The notes under the pieces are model-generated. The model saw only the letters and a program-made list of their open reading frames with translations, was not told the origin of the DNA and searched no databases. This document shows, one piece after another, positions 9,987 through 18,290 of a DNA stretch of 64,000 nucleotides. This DNA is from Candidatus Poribacteria bacterium (GTDB taxonomy: Bacteria > Poribacteria > WGA-4E > WGA-3G). Made by a program: the position numbers and the translations under genes. The stretch is from contig CBDBFU010000004.1 of the NCBI GenBank assembly GCA_965205025.1, forward strand, positions 1-64,000. Reading direction: 5' to 3'. The stretch's first letter is position 1. Each line of letters starts with the position of its first letter.

Positions 9987-11060
9987 TTAGACATCAAGAT
10001 AATTATACAATTCAGACACAATAACTGTCGCATAACCCCCTACAGGTAAAGTAAAACATACTTTTATGCCATGATTGACTTTTTCAACTTTATGAGATTC
10101 TAATTTCATCCGGAATGCACGCCGAGTTCCAGGCAGCCTAATACCTGCAACTTTGCGAAACGCATCGAGTCTTACACCCTCAGACTTCAGCAAACTATCC
10201 TCCATCTCCTGTATTTTTCCTAAAGGTTGACGCATCTTATATCCAAAAATAGGACCAGATGGACTAATTTCAAATGCATCCGCACGTGGTTGTTCCTTAA
10301 GAGCATCTTTCACAAGAAATGGAGCGTTGTTAATGTGTTTGATAGCGACATCTCCATTACACAACTTACCTAAATCTGGTAACCTCATATCCATAATACA
10401 ATTAAATAGGTATGCTTGATATGCGGAAAGATATAACTTACGCATCCTATGGGAAATAGATGAAATCACCTTATCTATCTTTACTGTATCATCCTGAAGT
10501 ATACCTTCCTCAGTTTTTTCTGTTTTTTGCCGTAAACTATCCGTCCGTATAAATTTTACTAATGTCTTCCAATCCTTTTTTACCAAGGCTTTCCCAATCA
10601 AATGAGTGTCCTGCTTATTTCCAAATCGTTGACCCCCAAACCTATTCGGCACACCTTCTGATTGAAATTTTGTCATTCTCCTTTCTATTTCCGGAATGTG
10701 TATTAGAGGTATGTCACGTAGAGTTATTTCAAACCGATTTCCACGTAGATGTCCTACACGTAATTTATGACCATGTCCAGCTGCCCACAGTATCTCTATA
10801 TCCGATAAATCTATTTCTAATACCTCATTAGGGGTAATCTTATGAACCGATAATATTTGGGTGGTCAGGGCATGCTTATCCTTTAACCCCGCATACCCAA
10901 TATCATTAGGATTTACATTTAACACACCTGCAATCTGCTTAATCGCTTCAAATGTAGTAAGATTACGTTTCCGAATTGCAAAGAAGGTGTGTGTACCAAC
11001 CCCAGTTGGATTATATAGTGGTATCTCTTCAACAATGAAATCTTCTGGTTCAAATCGCAT
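9987..11060 (-). CDS. truD: tRNA pseudouridine(13) synthase TruD
   Basis: PEDFIVEEI, GYAGLKDKHALTTQ, GHLRGNRF, PNRFGGQRFG, LYLSAYQAYLFN, FTLPVGGYAT. Confidence 0.95.
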   Translation of the reverse strand: MRFEPEDFIVEEIPLYNPTGVGTHTFFAIRKRNLTTFEAIKQIAGVLNVNPNDIGYAGLKDKHALTTQILSVHKITPNEVLEIDLSDIEILWAAGHGHKLRVGHLRGNRFEITLRDIPLIHIPEIERRMTKFQSEGVPNRFGGQRFGNKQDTHLIGKALVKKDWKTLVKFIRTDSLRQKTEKTEEGILQDDTVKIDKVISSISHRMRKLYLSAYQAYLFNCIMDMRLPDLGKLCNGDVAIKHINNAPFLVKDALKEQPRADAFEISPSGPIFGYKMRQPLGKIQEMEDSLLKSEGVRLDAFRKVAGIRLPGTRRAFRMKLESHKVEKVNHGIKVCFTLPVGGYATVIVSELYNYLDV

Positions 11061-11653
11061 AATTTCCTCAATCTCATCATAGATCTATTCATATCTAATT
11101 GTCAAGTTTCATGAGGTATGTAAAGTTTTTGCCACTGCACTACAGTGTATCTTATAACTACGCATCGTTCGTACCGATATAATTCCTCTTCGTAAGGGCT
11201 GGGTCTCCACGTCCGATATTTGTATCGCAATCTTCCAGATTGCGTCTTGCGGTATAGCACAAGCTAACAGTTTATACTACAAATTGACGCATAGATTCAG
11301 AAAAAACATCTTTTTGTACCACAAACTTTTAGTTTGTGATCTTTCTCCTTACCCTCTCCAAACACTCTTATCCGCGTAATCCGTGTAATCTGTGATTCAG
11401 ACAACTCAAAACAAACCCAAAAATATACTAATCTAACTACATTGACGCCTATGGTGTGGTTTCTAACCACGGGAAATGCTAAATAGCATTCATACCGTTG
11501 ATTCCGCGCATTCGGCGTTGATTTGGGGGAACGCCAAAAGGCGTTCATACCGTTGATTCCTTGATTCCTTGATTTGGTAGGGACGAAATGTCTATAGCAA
11601 ACATTACGGGTAAAAATCTGGCACTCCAGAGGAGTGTTATGTAACGTTTCCTT

Positions 11654-11767
11654 ATACCACTTTTGATAATAAAAGACTCTTTAATGTAGCATAAACTTCC
11701 CAGTTTGTGCAGTATTTGAAGACATACTCAACAACTCTTTATGGGATAAACATTTATAGAATGGTAT
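11654..11767. mobile_element. MITE-like element, family C copy
   Basis: Similar to 1956-2067 including inverted ends and the internal TGTAGCATAAACTTCC motif. Confidence 0.6.
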
Positions 11768-12181
11768 AATAATAGGGTGTGTAAAGTTTATAGCATTAAC
11801 AAGGATTAAATGAAACCTATCAGACAATTTTAAATAATACATTAAAAAAATATGAAGAAAACACCCACTACTAACAACTAACATACATATATCACAAAAA
11901 CGCAAATACATTTTAATAATATTTGTCAAAATAAAAAATCAAGGGTTAGAATTCAAACTAAAAATCATTAACTAAAAACGAATGAATATCTATAAAAACG
12001 ATCCTAATTACAAAGTTTCATATACGTCAAAAAAACATACTTTTTTAATGGTAGAGAATGTCAAAATCAAAAAGGACAACAAAAACACAAAATCACATTT
12101 TTTACAATTTCTTATAAATCGAGTTCAAAGTGGAATAAAGTCAGTCTATGACAGGCGTTACAGGGATAATTTATGCCAATT

Positions 12182-12213
12182 TCAATGTCACACCGTGTGA
12201 CAAAAAGTGTAAC
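12182..12213 (+). promoter_or_regulatory. Conserved palindromic motif (TGTCACA-N3-TGTGACA), candidate operator
   Basis: TCAATGTCACACCGTGTGACAAAAAGTGTAAC matches the reverse complement of 61918-61949 at 30/32 positions. Confidence 0.5.
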
Positions 12214-12510
12214 TTTTTTCATTTTTTCGACACATAGACGAATGCAACAAAAACACGATCTACTGTCTGAGTATTTAGGATTAAATGTCTATTTTTATAC
12301 ACTATTTTTTCTCTATATATTAGGATTAAATATCTGTTTTATACCTTCTTGACCATCAGAAATATCAGTTATCGAAGAGTAATCTCAAGACCAATATATC
12401 TCCATTTTTTACAAAGCATAACAATGAGATAATATTACAATCTATTGATCTAATACGGGAAAATATGTAATCCACAGAATCCAAACACAAGAAAGGGAAT
12501 TTATGCCAAA

Positions 12511-14118
12511 ATGAATACATCAAAGAACGCTATCAGACTCAAACTTGAGAATACCGCGAAGATTACGGTAAACGGCTACATCGCACCAATTGAACACACC
12601 CTATCCCACTTCCATAAAGATTGGGACACCTTAGCAAATCTACGCGTTACTGAACCAGAAAAAGAGCAACCCCTCTCAGTTTTTCAAGCCTTCCTTCCCT
12701 CAGAAGCAGTATCTGTCGGCGAGTGTTGGCAGCCGAAAAGCGAAGGCATAACAGAATTGCTTCAGCAATTACATCCCACAATAAAATTATTGGACACACA
12801 TACTCCAACCGGATATGCTCCAGGCTTATGGACATGTCTGCGTGCATATAACGATAGTTACGCGGACATTGCTTTTCGTATTCATGCAGCCTTTAGTTTT
12901 GAAGATGGCAGGTTAACACCTTCACAGTTTAAAGGAAATCTCATAATTGACAGAAGTGATGAAAGAGTCTCCTTCTTTAGCACCTATGTCCCTGAGGGTC
13001 CAGTAAATCTTGATATCGTCTGGTATGAAGATAATGATAAACAAAGTGGAATCACTGATGCTGGTCTATGTACACAAATGGAACTCTGGTCTGGTATTGT
13101 GGAACCGACCAATAATATCGAATATACTGAAAGTATAACACAGGAAGAATCAGAACGAGAGTTAATACTCCGTTTCTACGAATCAGAACAGATTAACTGG
13201 GTTTCACCAGAGAAAGCAATAGAATTGGCTGAGGAACAGGTAAAGTTAATACATGTGATCTCTATAGATGGTCCATTACATGATGAATCCTGCTGAGGGA
13301 GCGGAAAAGGATTGAGGGCAGGTGTCCTCTATTGGGATCGATTAATCGAGTATTTAAACCAGAACTTTATTAACACATGGGTATCCAACGTCATATTAGA
13401 ACGTACACCTCGCAAAAAAGCATACATGGCAAAAAGACCAAAGAGTGAATCCAATCAATTCAATAAAAACCACCCATTAGCAAAAGCAATAATGGAAGGT
13501 TGGAAGGAACATTCACCTGTGGATTGTTTAGTTATTGCACCTGAAGGCGATGTAATGGGTAAACTACCACTCAACGACTTCTTCGATGAATGTTATGAAA
13601 ATAACCTTAAAGAAGATGTCTACCTGCAGTTTCTTAAGGATTCATTAGATGCGAAATTTCCAGGTTTCGATGAGGATACTTCAGATCCGTTCTTAACGGG
13701 TTTGAATGTTATCCTAACTGAAGATAATCCTAAACAAGAAGTAATACACATCTACCGAACACCACGTTACGGATATCAAGATTACAATGTCATCACAATC
13801 GATACCACTACTTTTAAAGACGGTGGCAAGTTGACAATAGATATAAATATTGGAAGTGCAAAAGCAGGTGGTTCATTCGATCTGTATGATGGTGATACGG
13901 AATTACCAACAAAAGGATATCCAGATGGAGCAATTGCGTCTGCATGGGATATTCCTACCGGACAAAAAGGTAGAATTGAATACGAATTTGAAGAAGGTAA
14001 GCTCTTTAAACTCGGTGCTACCGGTACATGGTTCAGTGGTAAAGGAAACATTAATGCTTTTCAGGCAAAAATTTCTATAGAGCCAGCAGAAAAGAAGAAA
14101 AGAACTTATAATGAGTAA
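12511..14118 (+). CDS. Selenoprotein N-like selenoprotein, copy 1 (535 aa; Sec at UGA 13294-13296) with one C-terminal beta-rich domain
   Basis: ORFs 12511-13296 and 13312-14118 are in frame. Read-through gives DGPLHDESC-U-GSGKGLRAGVL, compare human SELENON LDDQSCUGSGRTLRETVL. Also FRIHAAF, TPSQFKG, QMEL, LNQNFINTW, YLQFLKD. Hairpin follows the UGA. Confidence 0.9.
13314..13329 (+). promoter_or_regulatory. Bacterial SECIS-like hairpin, copy 1
   Basis: GAGGGC-AGGT-GTCCTC starts 18 nt after the UGA. G at second loop position; 23 nt between UGA and loop. Confidence 0.75.
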
Positions 14119-14210
14119 AACATAAAAATGTTATATTATAGGGATTTGAAAGAATTTATTTATGTCCTATTCTCAACTTCGTATATCTATAACTTTTGAA
14201 AGGTGTAGCG

Positions 14211-14400
14211 ATGCCAGACAAGACTCAAAAATCCCTGAAATACAATGGTACTCCTAAGCAGGTTTCGCGTAAAGATTTTAATCATTATATCAAACCCCAT
14301 CTCAAGAAACGCATCAAAGGTCCTAAACCGAAACTGTCTTTCTATAAGATATTCAACTATATACTTGATAAACTTTCGGGTTGCTTTCAACGATTCTTAG
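14211..14400 (+). pseudogene. Transposase N-terminal remnant (IS5-like)
   Basis: YNGTPKQVSRKDFNHYIKPHLKKRIKGPKPKLSFYKIFNYIL resembles IS5-group transposase N-termini, then similarity is lost. Confidence 0.55.
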
Positions 14401-14510
14401 ATGTTACTCGCTATGAATTCTATATGAAAAATAAATCTCAATTATGCACTTTTTTCACCTTTAAATTGTGTCATGTATTATTGTAAACATTTTGACTATG
14501 GAGTAAACTC

Positions 14511-14861
14511 ATGAATAAAACAGATGTTGAACTTATTAACAGTATCCTATCAGGTGATAATACTGCGTTCACTACCTTGGTACAAAAATACCAAAAGAGT
14601 GTCCATACCATCGCTTGGCAGAGGGTTAAGGACTATCACATAGCAGAAGAAATTGCTCAAGATGTCTTTCTACAAGTATACGATAAGTTGTCTACATTAA
14701 AAGACCCAGATAAGTTTGAAAGATGGCTGTATGTAATTACTAAACGACGATGTACTAACTGGCTCCAGAGGGAGAAAACCAATGTAGAATCGTTAGAAGC
14801 TACGGATAAATTTACACTAGTAAAAGCTGCATATTTTCCTTTTTCTGCTCAATTTGCGTAA
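14511..14861 (+). pseudogene. Truncated ECF sigma-70 factor (region 2 only)
   Basis: DVELINSILSGDNTAFTTLVQKYQKSV...AEEIAQDVFLQVYDKLSTLKDPDKFERWLYVI. No region 4. GGAG RBS. Confidence 0.8.
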
Positions 14862-14954
14862 GTCTTGTCTAAATTTGGTGCTACAGAGGACTGGTACGGC
14901 GAGAAGGGACGTATCAATGCCTTTCAAGCACAAATTTCTGTAGAGGAGAACTGA
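14862..14954 (+). pseudogene. 3' remnant of a gene ending in the same C-terminal domain as the SelN-like genes
   Basis: Translates VLSKFGATEDWYGEKGRINAFQAQISVEEN*, compare copy 2 end FKLGATGDQSSKLGDINAFYLRISVEEN*. Same frame as the sigma fragment. Confidence 0.8.
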
Positions 14955-14955
14955 A

Positions 14956-16908
14956 ATGGAAACCTTAGAAAACAAAATCACACTTAATCTTGACAGTGAC
15001 GCAGAAGTCAACGTCAAAGGCTTCATCACCCCGATTGAATACACCATATCCAATTTCCATGTAAAGTGGGATGCATTGGCGAATCTGCGTGTTGCTGAAC
15101 CGGAAAAGCGGTATCCTGAATCCGTTTTCCAAGCCTTCATGCCGAGCGAAACTGTTTCGGTTGGCGAGCATTGGCAGATTGAAAAGGGCAGTGTGCTAAC
15201 ACTGCTCCGACAACTACACCCCAATCCGAATCTGGATATGAGCATCAATGCCGGTGATTCCCGCGGGTTATGGGCATGCCTGCGCGCGTACAACGATAAA
15301 TTCGCCGACATTGTGTTTCGAATTCACGCCGAGTTCAAGTTTGAAGATGGCAGGTTTACACCCTCACAATTTACCGGACATCTCGTGATGGACCGAACCG
15401 CAGAGAAGGTTGCTTTTTTCGAAATGTACGTCCCTGAGGGGCCAGTAAATTTTGATGTTAGCTGGAATTCTATTGTCGATGCCGGACTTTGCACGCAGAT
15501 GGAACTCCGTGTCGGAACACAGAATCCAGTCCGAGATGCCGAATTCACAGCGGATTCCATCACCCAAGAAGAAGCGGAACGCATCCTGATACAGCGTTTC
15601 TATAAATCCGAACGAATTAACTGGGTGCCGCCAGAGCAGGCGTTAGAAATAGCACAAGCACAACAGAAGCCGATTCATGTTATCTCAATAGATGGACCGT
15701 TCACCGATGAGGCCTGCTGAGGGAGCGGTAAAGATTTGAGGGCAGTTGCCCTCTCTTATGATAAAACTATTGAATTCTTGAATGAGAACTTCGTTAATAC
15801 CTGGGTGTCGAATGTCGTATTAGAGCGGACACCCGCAATGCGTGATTATGCGGCACAGAGATTTGAAGACGGCACCAGGGCACTGTTTAATAGAAAACAC
15901 CCTTTGGCAGAAGTCGTCATGAAGGGGTGGAAAGAACACTCACCAGTAGACTGTTTGATTATCTCATCAGATTCTGAATTGATAGGTAGACAACTCGTCA
16001 ACGAACTCCACAAAGACGGGCGTCGTAGAGGACTCCTATCGAATGAATATTATCTCACATTCCTTAAGGAAGCCTTGGATGGAAAACACCCCGGATTGGG
16101 GAACCTCATTCTCACTAAAGAGTCTCCTTCACAGAAAGTGTTGGACGTTTTTCGGACCCCTACAGTCGGTTATCAAGATTATACTGTTGTCTTGATTGAT
16201 ACCACCGAATTTGAAGACGGAGGCACACTCACTATTGACATTGAAGTTGGCAGAGATGGTGGTGAAGGTGCGTTCTATCTGTTTGATGCCGATAGCGAAC
16301 TTTCTACAGAAGAAGAGACCCCTAAAGACATGCTTGCTCAGAGATGGGTTGAATCCGGTGCCACAAAGCAGCTCACGCATCGTTTCAATCGCGGCCAACG
16401 TTTTAAGTTAGGAACCACCGGGGATTACGAGAGAGAGGAACCGTGTATTAACGCTTTTAGCGCAACAGCTTCCGTACAGGAAAATTCAGATGAAGGCAGT
16501 TCAGATACACCTTCACCCGGTGTGCATGTTGTACTCAATAGTCCGCAGTTAACATGGGAGATATTAGATGTCTTTCGCGCCCCCGGAAACGGTTATCAAG
16601 ATTACACTGTCGTCAATATTGATACCACCGCGTTTGAAGACGGAGGCACACTCACTATCTATGTCAAGGTTGGGAGTGCAGACGCTGCAGGTTCGTTTGA
16701 TCTCTTTGATGGCGATGCCGAACTCCCGACAGAAGGACTACCTGATGCGCTTGTCTCGTTTTGGGGACTTGAACCCGATACAGCGACAACAATCAGACAC
16801 CGTTTTGAGCGAGGCCAAGTTTTTAAACTCGGTGCCACTGGTGATCAGTCCAGTAAACTTGGGGACATAAATGCTTTCTACCTAAGGATTTCTGTGGAGG
16901 AAAATTGA
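14956..16908 (+). CDS. Selenoprotein N-like selenoprotein, copy 2 (650 aa; Sec at UGA 15718-15720) with two C-terminal beta-rich domains
   Basis: ORFs 14956-15720 and 15736-16908 are in frame. Read-through gives DGPFTDEAC-U-GSGKDLRAVAL. Also ACLRAY..FRIHAEF..TPSQFTGH, FLNENFVNTW, YLTFLKEAL. GYQDYTVV.IDTT.FEDGGTLTI occurs twice. Confidence 0.9.
15731..15757 (+). promoter_or_regulatory. Bacterial SECIS-like hairpin, copy 2
   Basis: GAGGGC-AGTT-GCCCTC (15738-15753) at the same offset as copy 1, extendable by AAGA/TCTT across a TTT bulge. Confidence 0.75.
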
Positions 16909-16909
16909 T

Positions 16910-16964
16910 ATGAAAACATTATCAAACAGAATTACGCTTAATCTTGAGTGAGGCAAAAATCAAC
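16910..16964 (+). pseudogene. 5' remnant of a further SelN-like copy
   Basis: MKTLSNRITLNLE*, compare copy 2 start METLENKITLNLDSDAEVN. DNA CTTGA--GTGAGGCAAAAATCAAC aligns to CTTGACAGTGACGCAGAAGTCAAC with a 2-nt deletion. Confidence 0.75.
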
Positions 16965-17171
16965 TCTACCAAAGTTTCATTTTGACTTTTTTCTTGAAAT
17001 AAGATATTATTCCAATAATTGTGTATTGTTGTGCGGACACCGAGCTGCTTTCCTATTTCCGTACCAATTGAAGAAGCACACCGATAAAGTTTATCATCTG
17101 AAATAACTGTGAAGAATGGAAAATTGAATGGAAGGTCTTGTACCTACTACTCCCTCAATAAGGATGAAAAA

Positions 17172-17981
17172 ATGAAAAGTATAAATATCTTTTGCATCAT
17201 CTTAATCCTCGTAACATTGATGTTCATTCCACAAATTCAAGCAAAAATAGACCCTAAAGCCGCCGTTGGCATCTGGCTCTTTGACGAAGGTAAAGGAAAA
17301 ACGGTCAGCGATCTATCAGGTAACAGCAATGATGGAGAAATTATGGGTAATCCCTCTTGGGAGAATGGCAAATTCGGAACTGCCCTACAGTTCGGTGAGC
17401 CATCTGATTGGGTTCAGGTCAAAGATCATCCGTCCTTACGGGTTTCCACAGCATACTCCGTTATGGCATGGGTACATGCTGAAAGATATTTCTTTCCCGG
17501 TACACAATGGCAAGGCATTATTGCGAAAGCAAATAATCCAAGATCCTTTAGTTTCTATACCGATACTTCCAAACGACCTTTAATCGCAATACATTTTGGG
17601 GGTGCACACATCGTCGCATTCGGTACTGAGTTCCCTCTCGAAGAGTGGACACATCTCGCTTTTGTTGTAGAATCAGGGAAGAATGGTGGGAAAATTACTG
17701 CCTACACTAATGGAAAACTTGTAAAGGAAACACAGAGCGCTGCACTAAATGGACTTCCCGGTGATGGCGATACCAAAGATGTCGTTATTGGACGAACACA
17801 TGAAGGTGCACGCTTTTTCGGGGGTATGATTGACGAAGTTGCCCTTTTCAATACAGCACTAACCGAAGATGACATGGCTGATATTGTAGAGGACGGACTT
17901 TCACGGATACTCGGGATAACCCCTGTCGAACCAACACAGAAATTAACTACCACTTGGGCAACGCTCAAAACTCACGAGTAA
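17172..17981 (+). CDS. Secreted LamG/concanavalin A-like domain protein with C-terminal VEPxxKLTTTWA motif
   Basis: Signal peptide, GIWLFDEGKG..DLSGNSNDG, GKFGTALQF, WTHLAF, FFGGMIDEVALFN, VEPTQKLTTTWATLK. Confidence 0.9.
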   Translation: MKSINIFCIILILVTLMFIPQIQAKIDPKAAVGIWLFDEGKGKTVSDLSGNSNDGEIMGNPSWENGKFGTALQFGEPSDWVQVKDHPSLRVSTAYSVMAWVHAERYFFPGTQWQGIIAKANNPRSFSFYTDTSKRPLIAIHFGGAHIVAFGTEFPLEEWTHLAFVVESGKNGGKITAYTNGKLVKETQSAALNGLPGDGDTKDVVIGRTHEGARFFGGMIDEVALFNTALTEDDMADIVEDGLSRILGITPVEPTQKLTTTWATLKTHE

Positions 17982-18120
17982 TTCATAGGGCATGCCTATA
18001 ATTGATCGTTATATAGTAATACCATTTCTATAAATGTTTATCCCATGAACATTTGTAATACATGTTTCTCTAATGTAGTACAAACTGGAAGTTTATGCTC
18101 CATTAAAGAGACTATAATTA

Positions 18121-18240
18121 ACGTGAGTTTGATAATAGGTAAAAATCTTCATTTTTCCCAAAAATATCACTCCTATAGACCCGGTAGGTGCGGTTTCCTA
18201 ACCGCACGGTTCATAAGAATCTGATTTATCAAACTCACGT
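18121..18240. mobile_element. MITE-like element nested in a family C copy (18019-18261)
   Basis: 15-bp inverted ends ACGTGAGTTTGATAA/TTATCAAACTCACGT, 8-bp direct repeat TATAATTA (18113-18120, 18241-18248), REP-like hairpin at 18183-18207. Confidence 0.75.
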
Positions 18241-18290
18241 TATAATTATCAGAAATGGTATTACTTGATAATACTATAAAAGATACCATC

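Noticed and set aside
11297-12200. Short ORFs in the AT-rich region upstream of truD
   Set aside because: They overlap repeat elements or low-complexity AT-rich DNA and have no recognisable motifs or RBS.
13312-14118. ORF-track genes 13312-14118 and 15736-16908 as independent TTG-start genes
   Set aside because: They are in frame with the upstream ORFs, and the intervening 15 nt encode the conserved GSG motif. UGA read-through explains them better.
17030-17170. Possible riboswitch in the LamG gene leader
   Set aside because: No aptamer consensus or convincing terminator could be recognised by eye.
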